Source: Armatimonadota bacterium (GTDB taxonomy: Bacteria; Armatimonadota; SYMT01). From it: a stretch of DNA of 64,000 nucleotides. Position 1 is the first letter of the stretch. Each line of letters starts with the position of its first letter. The position numbers were made by a program, and so were the translations under genes. Below, in pieces: positions 27,801-38,295 of the stretch. The stretch covers positions 32,001-96,000 of the forward strand of contig JBKBRF010000011.1 of NCBI GenBank assembly GCA_046292385.1, in the 5' to 3' direction. Under the pieces are notes generated by a model that did not search any database, was not told where the DNA came from, and saw only the letters and a list, made by a program, of their open reading frames with translations.

Positions 27801-30110
27801 ATGCGAGCGGATCCGCCGAGCCGAGCCGGTACGTCGTCCGGCGGCGTGTCGCCGCGCTCCGGGCTGAGCCGCACCGGAGCGTTGGCCGGGCTCCTGATCG
27901 GCGCGTCGCTGGCGGCGTTCGGCGCCCTGCTCAGCCAGGCGCCGCGCGTGGCGGCCGGAGAGGTGCTGATCGCGCGCGCTGGCTGGGTGCGGGAGCTGGG
28001 GCTCTCCCTCTCCTTCCGTCTCGACGGGCTGTCGCTCCTGTTCGGGCTGCTGGTGACCGGGATCGGAGCGCTGATCTTCCTTTACGCGGACGGCTACTTT
28101 CGCACCGATCCGCGCCGGAGCCGCATGCTGGGCCTGCTCGGCCTCTTCGCGGCTTCGATGCTCGGGCTGGTGCTTGCCGAGAACCTCCTCTGCCTCTTCG
28201 TGTTCTGGGAGCTCACCAGCATCAGCTCGTACTTCCTGATCGGGTTCGATCACCGGAAAGAGGAGGCCCGCGGGGCCGCGCTCCAGGCGCTGCTGCTGAC
28301 TGCCGGGGGCGGCCTGGCGCTGCTCGCAGGGCTGGTGGTGCTCGGCGGCGCGGCCGGCACCTTCGAAATGACGGAGCTGCTTCAGCGCGGGGACCAGGTG
28401 CTGCAGCATCCGCACAACCTGGCGGCACTGCTCCTGGTCGCCGCCGGCGCGCTCACCAAGTCCGCCCAGTTCCCGTTCCACTTCTGGCTGCCAGCCGCGA
28501 TGGCAGCACCCACCCCCGCCAGCGCCTATCTCCACTCCGCCACGATGGTGAAGGCGGGGGTCTACCTGCTGGCGCGCCTTCATCCGGTGCTCAGTGGGAC
28601 GCCCGCCTGGGAAGCGCTGCTGGTCGGCGCCGGCGCGGCTACGATGTTGACCGGCGCCGTCCTCGGCTTCACGCAGAGCGACCTGAAGCGGATCCTCGCC
28701 TACTCCACCATCAGCGCTCTCGGGATGCTCGTTTTCCTGCTCGGCATCGGCAGCCCGGTCGCCGTGCAGGCGGCGATGGTGCTCACGCTGGCCCACGCGC
28801 TCTACAAGGCCGCGCTCTTCATGGTCGCGGGAGCGATCGAGCACGGCACCGGCACGCGGGATGCCGACCGGCTCGGCGGCCTTCGCCGCGCGATGCCGTA
28901 CACCGCAGCGGCGGGCGTAATGGCGGCAGTGGGGCTCGCGTCACTCGGTCCCGCGCTCAGCTTCATCGGCAAGGAGCTGCTGCTGGAGGCGGTACTGGAA
29001 GAAGAGGCCCTGCGGAACCTCTGGGTGGTGCTCGTCACGGTTGTCAGCGGACTGCTCGCCGCCGTCGCGGCGGTAGTGGGGCTGAAGCCGTTCTTCGGGG
29101 CGCCGCGTGAAGCGCTGCGGGATGCCCACGAAGTGCCGGCGGCGCTCTGGCTTGGGCCGATGGCGCTCGCCCTGCTGAGCCTGCTCATCGGGCTCCGGCC
29201 CGGCGCGGCCGCGTCCTATCTGATCGGCCCGGCGGCCGGCGCCGTGCTCGGCCGGGGCGTACCGGTCCAGCTCGCCCTGTGGCACGGCGTGAACCTGCCG
29301 CTCGTCTTGAGCGCCGCCTCGCTCCTGTTGGGCGCGGCGCTCTACTGGCGCCGGGAGTGGCTGCGAGAAAGGTTGGGCGACCCCTCCCGGCGCCGCTGGA
29401 GTCCGGCCCGCCTCTACGAGCGAGCCTGGGCGGGCGTGCTGCGCTTCGCGACGTTCCAGACCCAGGTGCTCCAGACCGGCTACCTGCGAGTCTACGTGAT
29501 GGTGACGGTGGTGTGCGGGCTACTCCTGATCGGCGGTCCGATCGTACTGCTCGGCTTCCCTCCGGCGGGGCGGGTAAGCTGGACCGATCCCCGCGCCCAG
29601 GAAGTGATCCTGGCACTGGTGATGCTGATCGCCGCCGGCGCCACGGCGATTCTCCGCTCCCGGCTGGGGGCGGTCGTCTCGCTGGGGGTGGTCGGCTACG
29701 CGCTGGCGGTGCTCTTCGTGCTCTTCGGCGCGCCCGATCTGGCGATGGCCCAGTTCCTGGTGGAGACGCTCACCGTGGTGCTCTTCGTGCTCGTCTTCCA
29801 TCACCTGCCGCCGATCCTCCCGAAATCGCCCGCGGGAGCTCGGGTGCGGGACGCGATGATCGCGCTTGGAGCGGGGCTGGTGATGGCGACGCTGGTGATC
29901 GCCGCGCTGCTGCAGCCGGTCCCCCACGGACCCGCGCAGTTCTACGTGGCCCAGAGCGTGCCGGCGGCGCACGGCCGGAACATCGTGAACGTGATCCTGG
30001 TCGACTTCCGCGCGCTCGACACGCTCGGTGAGATCACCGTGCTGGCCGTCGCCGGCCTCGGTGTCTACGCGCTCCTGAAGCTGAACCCGGTCCGGAGGTC
30101 CCGCCGATGA
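27801..30110 (+). CDS. mrpA: Na+/H+ antiporter subunit A
   Basis: [61 protein letters not shown]. Confidence 0.95.
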   Translation: MRADPPSRAGTSSGGVSPRSGLSRTGALAGLLIGASLAAFGALLSQAPRVAAGEVLIARAGWVRELGLSLSFRLDGLSLLFGLLVTGIGALIFLYADGYFRTDPRRSRMLGLLGLFAASMLGLVLAENLLCLFVFWELTSISSYFLIGFDHRKEEARGAALQALLLTAGGGLALLAGLVVLGGAAGTFEMTELLQRGDQVLQHPHNLAALLLVAAGALTKSAQFPFHFWLPAAMAAPTPASAYLHSATMVKAGVYLLARLHPVLSGTPAWEALLVGAGAATMLTGAVLGFTQSDLKRILAYSTISALGMLVFLLGIGSPVAVQAAMVLTLAHALYKAALFMVAGAIEHGTGTRDADRLGGLRRAMPYTAAAGVMAAVGLASLGPALSFIGKELLLEAVLEEEALRNLWVVLVTVVSGLLAAVAAVVGLKPFFGAPREALRDAHEVPAALWLGPMALALLSLLIGLRPGAAASYLIGPAAGAVLGRGVPVQLALWHGVNLPLVLSAASLLLGAALYWRREWLRERLGDPSRRRWSPARLYERAWAGVLRFATFQTQVLQTGYLRVYVMVTVVCGLLLIGGPIVLLGFPPAGRVSWTDPRAQEVILALVMLIAAGATAILRSRLGAVVSLGVVGYALAVLFVLFGAPDLAMAQFLVETLTVVLFVLVFHHLPPILPKSPAGARVRDAMIALGAGLVMATLVIAALLQPVPHGPAQFYVAQSVPAAHGRNIVNVILVDFRALDTLGEITVLAVAGLGVYALLKLNPVRRSRR

Positions 30111-30580
30111 GCTCGCTCGTCCTGCGCACGGCGGCCCGCGGGCTGCTGCCGCTGCTCGTGCTCTTCTCGGTCTTCCTGCTGATCCGGGGCCACCATGCTC
30201 CGGGCGGCGGCTTCTCCGGCGGGCTGGTCGCGGCCGGCGCTCTCACGCTCTACAGCTTCGCCTTCGACTCCCGCTCCGTGCTCATCGCCATCCGGGTGCA
30301 TCCGCTCCTGATCGCCGGGGCGGGGCTCACCCTGGCTGGCGCGAGCGGCGCCCTCGGGGCCGTTTTGGGAAGGCCCTACCTCACTGCCGTCTGGGGCTAC
30401 CTGCCGCTGCCGGGCGGCGCCGTGGAGCTGGGCACGCCCCTGGTCTTCGACGCGGGGGTTTACCTGGCGGTCATCGGGGCGACTCTCACCATGCTTCTGG
30501 CGCTCCACCAGGAGCAGACCCGGAACGAAGGTCCGCGCTACACGCGCCGGGGAGCGGCGCGCCGTCGAGCAGGAGAATAG
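30107..30580 (+). CDS. mrpB: Na+/H+ antiporter subunit B
   Basis: [25 protein letters not shown] overlap. Confidence 0.93.
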   Translation: MSSLVLRTAARGLLPLLVLFSVFLLIRGHHAPGGGFSGGLVAAGALTLYSFAFDSRSVLIAIRVHPLLIAGAGLTLAGASGALGAVLGRPYLTAVWGYLPLPGGAVELGTPLVFDAGVYLAVIGATLTMLLALHQEQTRNEGPRYTRRGAARRRAGE

Positions 30581-30586
30581 CGGGCG

Positions 30587-30934
30587 ATGGAGATCGTACT
30601 GGCAGTGGTGGTCGGCGGGCTCTACGCGGCCGCGACGTACCTGATCCTGCGCCGCCACATCGTCAAGCTGATCCTGGGCCTGGCGATGCTGGCGCACGCG
30701 GCCAACCTGCTGATCTTCACCGCCGGCGGTCTGCGGCGTGCGCGGCCGCCGCTCGTGCCGGAGGGTGCTCTCGCCCCCACCGGTCCGGTGGCCGATCCGA
30801 TCCCCCAGGCGCTGATCCTCACCGCCATCGTGATCGGCTTCGCGATCCTCGCGTTCGCGCTCGCCTTGAGCTTCCGGGCTTACCAGGCGGCGGGCACCGA
30901 CGACCTCGACGCGATGCGGGTGACGGAGAAATGA
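30587..30934 (+). CDS. mrpC: Na+/H+ antiporter subunit C
   Basis: [23 protein letters not shown]. Confidence 0.95.
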   Translation: MEIVLAVVVGGLYAAATYLILRRHIVKLILGLAMLAHAANLLIFTAGGLRRARPPLVPEGALAPTGPVADPIPQALILTAIVIGFAILAFALALSFRAYQAAGTDDLDAMRVTEK

Positions 30935-32427
30935 AGTCGCTGCTCATCCTGCCGCTGGCGATCCCCTTCGCCGGCACCGCCCTGAGCCTGCTGGCCTGGC
31001 ACCAGCCGCGCCTGCAGCGGCGCCTGGCCCTGGCCGGCACGCTGCTCCTCCTCGCTAGCGCCTGCGCGCTGCTGGCGGCGGTGCGCGCGGGTGGGATCCT
31101 GGTGCTCCAGATCGGCGACTGGCCCGCGCCGCACGGGATCACCCTGGTGGCCGACCTCTTCAGCGCGATCATGGTGCTGATGGCGGCGGTCGTGGGGCTC
31201 AGCGTCACGGTCTACTCCGTGCCCTCCATCGGCCGGCGGCGCGAGGCGTTCGGCTATTACGCGCTCCTGCAGGTGCTGCTGCTCGGCGTCTGCGGAGCGT
31301 TCCTGGCGGGCGACCTCTTCAACCTCTACGTCTGGTTCGAGGTGATGCTGATCGCCTCGTTCGTCCTGATCTCGCTCGGCGGTGAGCGAAACCAGATCGA
31401 AGGAGCGCTGAAGTACCTCACGCTGAACCTGCTCTCCTCGGCCTTCTTCCTTTCGGCGGTCGGCATTCTCTACGGGGCCACCGGCACGCTGAACCTGGCC
31501 GACCTGGCACAGAAGCTGAACGCGGGAGTGAGCCCGGGTCTCCGGGCCACCCTGGCAATGCTCTTCCTGGTCGCCTTCGGCATCAAGGCCGCGGCGTTCC
31601 CGTTCTTCTTCTGGCTGCCCGCCTCGTACCACACGCCGCCGGTGGCGGTGACGGTGCTCTTCTCGGGCCTCCTCACCAAGGTGGGCGTCTACTCGATCTT
31701 CCGGATCTTCACGCTCGTGTTCGTGAACGAAGGGGACTACCTGCGGATCCTGCTCCTGGTGATGGCCGGGCTGACGATGGTGACCGGAGTTTTGGGGGCA
31801 GTGGCGCAGTACGAGTTCCGCCGCCTGCTCGCGTTCCACATCGTGAGCCAGATCGGCTACATGCTGATGGCCGTCGGGCTTTTCAGCCCGCTCGCGCTGG
31901 GCGGCGGCGTCTACTTTATCGTGCACGTCATCCTGGCCAAGTCGGCGCTCTTCTTCGTCAGCGGCGTGAGCTATCACGTGCGCGGCACCTCCGACCTGAA
32001 GAAGCTGGGCGGCCTCTACACCAGCCATCCGGCGCTCAGTCTCGCGTTCCTGCTGCCGGCCTTCTCCCTGGCCGGCGTCCCCCCGCTCTCCGGTTTCTTC
32101 GGCAAGCTCACCCTGATCCGGGCGGCGCTGGAGCTGGGCCAGGGATGGATCGTCGCGGTCGCGCTCGGCGTGAGCATCCTCACCTTCTACTCCATGCTGA
32201 AGATCTGGAACGAGGCGTTCCTGAAGCCGGACCCGCATCCGGATTCACCCGCCGTCGGTCGCAACCGGACGCCGGCGCTGCTGTTCGGCCCCACGGCGGC
32301 CCTGGTCCTCGGCTCGCTGGCGCTCGGTCTCTCGGCCCCGCCGGCGGTGACCCTCGCGCTGGAGGCGGGGGCGCAGCTCCGGCAGCCGCAGACCTACGTG
32401 CGCGCGGTGTTAGGGAGAGAGCGCTGA
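30931..32427 (+). CDS. mrpD: Na+/H+ antiporter subunit D
   Basis: [36 protein letters not shown]. Confidence 0.95.
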   Translation: MKSLLILPLAIPFAGTALSLLAWHQPRLQRRLALAGTLLLLASACALLAAVRAGGILVLQIGDWPAPHGITLVADLFSAIMVLMAAVVGLSVTVYSVPSIGRRREAFGYYALLQVLLLGVCGAFLAGDLFNLYVWFEVMLIASFVLISLGGERNQIEGALKYLTLNLLSSAFFLSAVGILYGATGTLNLADLAQKLNAGVSPGLRATLAMLFLVAFGIKAAAFPFFFWLPASYHTPPVAVTVLFSGLLTKVGVYSIFRIFTLVFVNEGDYLRILLLVMAGLTMVTGVLGAVAQYEFRRLLAFHIVSQIGYMLMAVGLFSPLALGGGVYFIVHVILAKSALFFVSGVSYHVRGTSDLKKLGGLYTSHPALSLAFLLPAFSLAGVPPLSGFFGKLTLIRAALELGQGWIVAVALGVSILTFYSMLKIWNEAFLKPDPHPDSPAVGRNRTPALLFGPTAALVLGSLALGLSAPPAVTLALEAGAQLRQPQTYVRAVLGRER

Positions 32428-32894
32428 TGTTCGCCTGGAATCTACTGCTCGCCATCGCCTGGGTGGTCCTGCTCGGCGAAGCGACCCTCCGTTCCTTCGC
32501 CAGCGGCTTCATCCTCGGGTACCTGCTGCTGTGGCTCCTGCCGCACGCCCGCGGCGGATCAGCCTACTTCCGGCGGGTAATCACGTTCATTCGCTTTGCC
32601 GGGTTCTACGTCTGGAAGCTGGTGCTGGCGAACCTGCGGGTAGCCTACGACGTGATTACCCCCCACTACTTCATGCGGCCGGGAATCGTGGCGATCCCGC
32701 TCTCCGCCTCCACCGACCTGGAGATCACGGTGCTGGCGGCCGTGATCGGGCTCACCCCGGGCACGGTAGCGCTCGACGTTTCCCGGGACCGGCGGATTCT
32801 CTACCTGCACGCGATGTATATCGACGACCCGGACGAGCTGCGCCGGGAGGTGAAGCACGATTACGAGCGCCGCGTTATGGAGCTGCTCCGATGA
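32427..32894 (+). CDS. mrpE: Na+/H+ antiporter subunit E
   Basis: ANLRVA, PGIVAIPL, LTPGT, LYLH; ATG overlaps the mrpD TGA. Confidence 0.92.
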   Translation: MFAWNLLLAIAWVVLLGEATLRSFASGFILGYLLLWLLPHARGGSAYFRRVITFIRFAGFYVWKLVLANLRVAYDVITPHYFMRPGIVAIPLSASTDLEITVLAAVIGLTPGTVALDVSRDRRILYLHAMYIDDPDELRREVKHDYERRVMELLR

Positions 32895-33175
32895 TCCCGA
32901 TCGAGACTCTCGTACCGAAGACCGCCGAGATCGTGCTGCTGGTGCTGGCGGTGGCCATCGCCCTGACCTTCTTCCGCCTGCTGCGCGGTCCCACCCTGGC
33001 CGACCGGGTGGTGGCGCTGGAGCTGCTGACCGCCATCGCGGTGGCGATCATCGCCGTCTACTCGATGGAGTACCGGCAGCCGCTGCTGCTCGACGTGGCG
33101 ATCGTGCTCGCGCTCATCTCGTTCCTGGGGACCGTCGGCTTCTCCCACTACCTGGTAAGGGTGCAGCGGCGATGA
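32891..33175 (+). CDS. mrpF: Na+/H+ antiporter subunit F
   Basis: RLLRGPTLADRVVALE, LALISFLGTV; ATGA overlap. Confidence 0.92.
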   Translation: MIPIETLVPKTAEIVLLVLAVAIALTFFRLLRGPTLADRVVALELLTAIAVAIIAVYSMEYRQPLLLDVAIVLALISFLGTVGFSHYLVRVQRR

Positions 33176-33555
33176 AGGAGTGGATCTGCAGCGCGCTCAT
33201 GATCTCCGGCGCCACCTTCATGCTGCTGGCCGCCGTGGGACTGGTGCGTCTACCGGACGTGCTCACCCGCATGCACGCCTCGACCAAGGCGTCCGCCCTG
33301 GGGGCCGGGTGTCCCCTGCTCGCGATGGCGATCTACTTCGACAACCTGGAGATCTCCGCGCGCTGCTTCGCCACCATCCTCTTCTACTGCATCACGGCGC
33401 CGGTGGCGGCGCACGCCATCGCCCGCGCGGCCATCATCAGCGGCACGGAGCTGTGGGAGGGAACGGTGATGAACGAGCTGGAGGGCGTTTACGACCTCTC
33501 CACCGGGGAGGATGCCTCTCCGGCGGCGCCGCAGCCGGCGATCGGCGCGGAGTAG
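33172..33555 (+). CDS. mrpG: Na+/H+ antiporter subunit G
   Basis: GLVRLPDVLTRMHASTK, TAPVAAHAIARAA. Confidence 0.93.
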   Translation: MKEWICSALMISGATFMLLAAVGLVRLPDVLTRMHASTKASALGAGCPLLAMAIYFDNLEISARCFATILFYCITAPVAAHAIARAAIISGTELWEGTVMNELEGVYDLSTGEDASPAAPQPAIGAE

Positions 33556-33681
33556 CCGTTCTCTCCCGGTGACCGGGATCCGCGCGGCCTCTACCACCGG
33601 TCCTACACGCGCCCCGGCGGATACCATGGGAGAGTCGCCGGCGACGCCGCCGGCCCCGACCTCGTCCCCAGGAACCGTCGT

Positions 33682-34425
33682 GTGAGCGCTCCCGAGATCC
33701 CGTCGATCGACCTGCTCGGCCTGAAGATCAGTCGTGTCAACCGCGCGGAGGCCCGCGAGGCGCTGCTCCGCTTCATCCAGAGCGGCGAGCCGCACCTGGT
33801 GGTGACGGCGGACGCCTCCATGCACGTCATCGCCTCCGGCGACCGCGAGCTCCTCCAGCTCGTGAACGAGGCCGACCTGGTGACGCCGGACAGCACGGGA
33901 GTGCTCTGGGCGGCGCGGAAGCTGGGAACGCCGCTGGAGGAGCGGGTCTCCGGGGTGGAGCTCGCGGAGATGCTCTGCGCCGAGAGTGCGCAGCGGGGCT
34001 TCAGCCTCTACTTCTTCGGTGCCGCGCCCGGCGTGGCGGAAGACGCCGCGGAGGTGATGCGCCGCCGCTACCCCGGCTGCCGGATCGTCGGCACCGCCCA
34101 CGGCTTCCTCAGCTCCCCGGAAGAGCAGCGCGCGCTGTTGGATGACATCCGCGAGAAGCGGCCGGCGGTGCTGCTGGTCGCCATGGGCATTCCGCGCCAG
34201 GAGAAATGGATCCGCCAACACATGGACGAGCTGCGGGTGCCCGTGAACATGGGCGTGGGTGGAACGTTCGACGTCTTCAGCGGCCGAGTCGACCGCGCGC
34301 CGCTCTGGATGCAGCGCAACGGGCTGGAGTGGCTCTACCGGCTGCTCCGCAACCCCAGCAAGTACTCCAAGGTCGCCACCCTCCCGGTCTTCATGCTCCG
34401 CGTCCTCCGCCGCCAGCGGCTCTGA
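33682..34425 (+). CDS. WecB/TagA/CpsF family glycosyltransferase
   Basis: ERVSGVEL, VAMGIPRQEKW, GVGGTFD, RAPLWMQRNGLEWLYR. Confidence 0.93.
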   Translation: MSAPEIPSIDLLGLKISRVNRAEAREALLRFIQSGEPHLVVTADASMHVIASGDRELLQLVNEADLVTPDSTGVLWAARKLGTPLEERVSGVELAEMLCAESAQRGFSLYFFGAAPGVAEDAAEVMRRRYPGCRIVGTAHGFLSSPEEQRALLDDIREKRPAVLLVAMGIPRQEKWIRQHMDELRVPVNMGVGGTFDVFSGRVDRAPLWMQRNGLEWLYRLLRNPSKYSKVATLPVFMLRVLRRQRL

Positions 34426-34432
34426 CCCTGGC

Positions 34433-34849
34433 TCACGCGGCACGGCGGCCTGACGAGCCTTCGGCGCGGTGTTGTCCTCCGCCCGCTTCGCTCGCTTCCT
34501 GTCGCTCGTCCTGCATCTCCCTCCGCAGGAAGAAGTTGAGTCCCGTCCGGATCACCGCGATGGCGCCGAGCTTGCCGATGTCGTCCCAGGTAGGAGCGAG
34601 AGCGGTGCGAATGATGTCCGCCGCCAGCAGGAACTCCAGCGCCATCGCCAGCCACCGGGCCAGGTGGAGGCGCACGTCGACCCACGGATGCTCGTCATCA
34701 CCGCGGGTGAGCGCCGACCGTCCGATCGACCAGACCGCCTGACCCACGGCGAAGGTAATCAACACCACCGCGACCGCTTCCGCGATCAGGCCCACGTAGC
34801 TGACCACCCAGGCGAGAACCCCTTCCCCCCAGAGCTCCTTCTCTCTCAT
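34433..34849 (-). CDS. DUF1622 domain membrane protein
   Basis: LARWLAMALEFLLAADIIRT..PTWDDIGKLGAIAVIRTGLNFFL; GGAGG RBS. Confidence 0.88.
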   Translation of the reverse strand: MREKELWGEGVLAWVVSYVGLIAEAVAVVLITFAVGQAVWSIGRSALTRGDDEHPWVDVRLHLARWLAMALEFLLAADIIRTALAPTWDDIGKLGAIAVIRTGLNFFLRREMQDERQEASEAGGGQHRAEGSSGRRAA

Positions 34850-34982
34850 CTCCACCTCCCCTCTGGTAGTCGCGACTTCTCCCCCATCCCAAACGCGCGA
34901 GGTGTCCGGACCGGCGGTGTGGAACGGCCAGGGGGCCGCGCACGTAGCAACCAGTGCGTCACCGCCATTCGAAAGGACCGAC

Positions 34983-35975
34983 ATGCCCTTCCGTGCTCGA
35001 ATCGCCGTCTGGATGCTTGCCCTCGCCACCTGGCCAGTGAATGGTGCTCTCGCCGATACCACCGGCGAGCAGCTCGCCGCGCCGCCGGCGGCACAGGCAC
35101 AGCCGGAGACCGAAAGCGTTCTCTTCCCCGAGACGGGGGTGCGCCTGGAGCGGCCGGAGGGCTTCGAGAAGGCGAAGCAGTGGAGCGGCTTCGGCCAGCC
35201 GGCCACCCGCAGCGCGGTGATGATCACCCGGATCCCCGGCCCGTTTGCGGAGGTGACCGCCGGCTTCACGGCGGAGCGGCTGGCGCAGCAGGGGATCCGC
35301 CTCGCCAGCAAGGCGGAGCGGAAGGTCGGCGACCTGCCCGGAGTGCTGCTGGAGCTCAGCCAGCGGGCGGGGGGCGAGGAGTTTTCGCGGTGGGTGCTGA
35401 TGTTCGGGGACGAGCAGAAGACGCTGATCGTGAGCGCGTCGTTCCCGGTAGCCCAGGCGGAAAAGCTCTCCGCGCCGCTGAAGGCGTCGGTGCTCAGCGC
35501 CAAGCTGGAGGGCGAGCCGACTGCCGACGGCGCGGCGTTTACGCTCTCGCCCGCTCCCGGGCTCAAGCCGGTGCCGGGCCTCGGCACCACGCTCCTCTTC
35601 AACCGCACCGGAACCCTGCAGGCCGCGGCACCGACCGATCCGCTCTTCGTGGCGGCAGAGTCGCTCGGCAAAGTGAGCATCGACGACCGCCGCGCCTATG
35701 CGGTCGCCCGGCTGGAACAGACGGCGCAAACCGATAAGCTCAAGATCCGGTCGACGAAGCCGATCCAGATCGAGGGGATGGACGGCTTCGAATCGGTAGC
35801 CGAGGCGAAGGACCCGAAGTCCGGAGCGTCAGTCTTCCTCTACCAGGTGATGCTCTTCCGCGACGGCGGTTACCTGCTGATGCAGGGGATCGCCGGCACG
35901 AAGCATCGCAAGGAGCTGCTGCCGCAGTTCCAGGAAATGGCGCGCAGCCTGAAGCTCAAGCCCGAGCCCCGGTAG
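34983..35975 (+). CDS. Secreted hypothetical protein
   Basis: Signal peptide, AAAGGA RBS, host-like codon usage; no family recognised. Confidence 0.7.
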   Translation: MPFRARIAVWMLALATWPVNGALADTTGEQLAAPPAAQAQPETESVLFPETGVRLERPEGFEKAKQWSGFGQPATRSAVMITRIPGPFAEVTAGFTAERLAQQGIRLASKAERKVGDLPGVLLELSQRAGGEEFSRWVLMFGDEQKTLIVSASFPVAQAEKLSAPLKASVLSAKLEGEPTADGAAFTLSPAPGLKPVPGLGTTLLFNRTGTLQAAAPTDPLFVAAESLGKVSIDDRRAYAVARLEQTAQTDKLKIRSTKPIQIEGMDGFESVAEAKDPKSGASVFLYQVMLFRDGGYLLMQGIAGTKHRKELLPQFQEMARSLKLKPEPR

Positions 35976-36119
35976 CCGACTCCCGGTGTCTCCCCCCACC
36001 CGGCCCCCCGGGACCCTCCGTCAGACGGGGATTGATAAGCGGATCTGGGGAGAGTGGGAGAAAGCGCCTACCCGAGCGTTGCTCTTTTGGCCGAAGCAGC
36101 GGCGGCCCGCCGAGCTTTC

Positions 36120-36205
36120 GAGAAAGAGAAGGAGAACGAGAAGGAGTAGGAGGGCCCGTCCCGGGAGGTTCGGATTCATCCCTCATCCCTCATCGTTCAT
36201 CCTTC
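36120..36205. repeat. Purine tract plus TCATCCC/T heptamer array
   Basis: GAGAAGGAGAACGAGAAGGAG, then AGGTTCGGATTCATCCCTCATCCCTCATCGTTCATCCTT, similar to 1662-1700. Confidence 0.65.
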
Positions 36206-36223
36206 TGCCTCCCCCACTCCCAA

Positions 36224-37516
36224 TTACGCCGCGACCTCCACGGGCCGGCGACCGACCAACAGGTAGGCGTCCATCTCGCCGCGGCCCTTGATCTGCAGTC
36301 CGGGACGATGCTCGAACTGATAGCGCTCGCCCAGGCGGCGGCGAGTCTCCGCGGAGACCTGGATGCCGCCGGTGACGCCGTGCGTCTCCATCCGGCTCGC
36401 CATGTTCACCGTATCGCCCCAGAGATCGTAGATGAACTTCTTCCGGCCGATCACCCCCGCCACCACCGGACCGGAGTTGAGACCGATGCGGATGCTGAGC
36501 GGCACTCCCTTCTCCGCGGAGACCCGCTCCACCGCGGCGAGCATGTCGAGCGCCATCTCCGCCGCCGCTTCCGCGTGGTTGGGCTGCGGCTGGGGCAGGC
36601 CCGCGACCGCCATGTAGGCGTCGCCGATCGTCTTGATCTTCTCCATGCCGTGCTGCTCCGCCAGCTCGTCGAATTCGGAGAAGATCCGGTTGAGGAGGTC
36701 GACCACTTCGACCGGACCTCGCCTCGCCGCCAGGTGAGAGAAGTCGACCAGGTCCGCGAACAGCACCGTCACCTCCGCATACTGCTCCGCGATCGTGCCG
36801 GGCGTGGTCTTGAGCCGCGCCGCGATGTCGCGGGGGAGGATGTTCAACAGCAGCTCTTCCGCCTTCTCCCGCTCCTGTTCCAGCAGTCTCCGCAGCAGGA
36901 AGTCCCGGCGGGCGCTCCGCTCCTGGAAGATCCCCGCTACGACGCCGAAAAGCAGCGCGACGAGCAGCGCGGGGTAGTACTGGTCGACGTCGGTGAACGG
37001 GAACGGGTTGGCGTCGTGCAGCGCGGCCTGCACCAGGTAAAGCCCGGTGACGCTGACGGTGACGCCGGTGGCCCAGATCACCCGCAGCCGCGAGAGCGCC
37101 GCGATGCCGAGGACGAGGTGGAACATCGCGAGAGCCGCGGTGGCCACGGGAATCGCGCGCATGTTCAGGACGTAGAGAACCCCGAAGCTCAGGCAGAGCC
37201 CCGCCATCAGGGGCTGCATCCGCCGCCGGTAGATCGGCAGGAAGGTGGCGCCGAGGCCCAGGAGCAGGACCGGCACCATCCCGCCGAACCGGAAGAAGAG
37301 GTCGCTCTGATTCCCCGCGAGGGCCGGGGGAATCCCCATCAGCGACACCACCAGCGCGCTCACGCAGAGCGCGAACCGCACGTATCCCAGGGAATCGGCG
37401 GCGTACTGGCGGTCGAACTCCACCTCCAGCTCCCGGGGAAAGCGGAGCTGCCGGAGCTGATGTCCCTGCTCGGGATCGAGCGCGGCCTCTCCAGGTAGGA
37501 GCTCGGGAGACCTCAT
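36224..37516 (-). CDS. Membrane-bound class III adenylate/guanylate cyclase
   Basis: Several TM helices; LLLNILP, VLFADLVDF, EKIKTIGDAYM, YDLWGDTVNMASRME, IKGRG. Confidence 0.95.
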   Translation of the reverse strand: MRSPELLPGEAALDPEQGHQLRQLRFPRELEVEFDRQYAADSLGYVRFALCVSALVVSLMGIPPALAGNQSDLFFRFGGMVPVLLLGLGATFLPIYRRRMQPLMAGLCLSFGVLYVLNMRAIPVATAALAMFHLVLGIAALSRLRVIWATGVTVSVTGLYLVQAALHDANPFPFTDVDQYYPALLVALLFGVVAGIFQERSARRDFLLRRLLEQEREKAEELLLNILPRDIAARLKTTPGTIAEQYAEVTVLFADLVDFSHLAARRGPVEVVDLLNRIFSEFDELAEQHGMEKIKTIGDAYMAVAGLPQPQPNHAEAAAEMALDMLAAVERVSAEKGVPLSIRIGLNSGPVVAGVIGRKKFIYDLWGDTVNMASRMETHGVTGGIQVSAETRRRLGERYQFEHRPGLQIKGRGEMDAYLLVGRRPVEVAA

Positions 37517-37588
37517 CGGAGTGTACTGGGGCTGGCGAAGGTGCGGCGCCGAAGCCGTGCATCCGGAGGACAGTTCGCCGGGACCAGA

Positions 37589-37622
37589 CAGAACGCCCTC
37601 CGCCGGAGCGGAGGGCGTTCTG
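37589..37622 (-). terminator. 15-bp hairpin after secG
   Basis: CAGAACGCCCTCCGC-4nt-GCGGAGGGCGTTCTG, 22 nt past the secG stop. Confidence 0.6.
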
Positions 37623-37644
37623 AAATCAGCGGAGCCAGGTCACG

Positions 37645-37893
37645 TTAGACCCAGTGGAACTTCATCGCCAGGATGTAGAGGATGGCGCTCAGGACCATGA
37701 AGGCCACCGCGACGTACTTGGTGTAGGTCTGGAGCTGCTCGTCCATGCCGGCCCGGCCGCGGCTGGGGCTGCTGGAGCTGCCGCCGACCACCCCGAGACC
37801 TTCCGCGCGGGAGGTCTGGCTCACCACCAGTATGATCAGCAGCACGCTCACCGCGAAGTGGGCGAGATACATGATGATCTTGAGCACGTCCAT
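37645..37893 (-). CDS. secG: Preprotein translocase subunit SecG
   Basis: 82 aa, two TM helices, LVVSQ..RAEGLG..GG linker, LQTYTKY. Confidence 0.88.
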   Translation of the reverse strand: MDVLKIIMYLAHFAVSVLLIILVVSQTSRAEGLGVVGGSSSSPSRGRAGMDEQLQTYTKYVAVAFMVLSAILYILAMKFHWV

Positions 37894-37952
37894 GGCGGGG
37901 AAGGTCCTTTCCGGGTCCGCCCGGCTCTCTACGCCGGTCCAAAGCCCGCGCG

Positions 37953-37981
37953 AGTCTAGCAGAGCGGACAGGGCGTGTCAA
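37953..37981 (-). promoter_or_regulatory. Sigma70-type promoter of secG
   Basis: TTGACA-17nt-TAGACT with extended TG. Confidence 0.7.
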
Positions 37982-38085
37982 TCGGCTTAGCGGGAATTCG
38001 GGCGGGCAGGAGCGGCTGCTGACGCCGACCCGGTCGACAGCTTGCTGTAGCCCGGGAGCATCCTCCGGCAGCGGCCGGCTCCCCA

Positions 38086-38113
38086 AAGCGGCAGCAAGCT
38101 GCCGCACTCCACA
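38086..38113 (-). repeat. REP-like palindrome TGTGGAGTGCGGCAGCTTGCTGCCGCTT (family E)
   Basis: Related copy at 40255-40282 with compensatory stem changes. Confidence 0.7.
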
Positions 38114-38295
38114 GGCCAGCCCGCGTGCCGGTCCCGCTGCACCAGGCGCTCTACGGAGTAGGATGTGGAGTACGGACCCGCCCACGCGAAACGGCCTCCG
38201 ATAGAATCGTCGTAACCGTAACCGGAGGCGCTCCCGTGCGTCCTTCCTGTTGAGTCTCCGTCTTCGCGGAGCTCCGCGTCTGGCCTCGGAAGCGC

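Noticed and set aside
26930..33555. Usp gene heading the mrp operon as a novel system
   Set aside because: A standard seven-gene mrpABCDEFG operon; Usp genes beside transporters are common.
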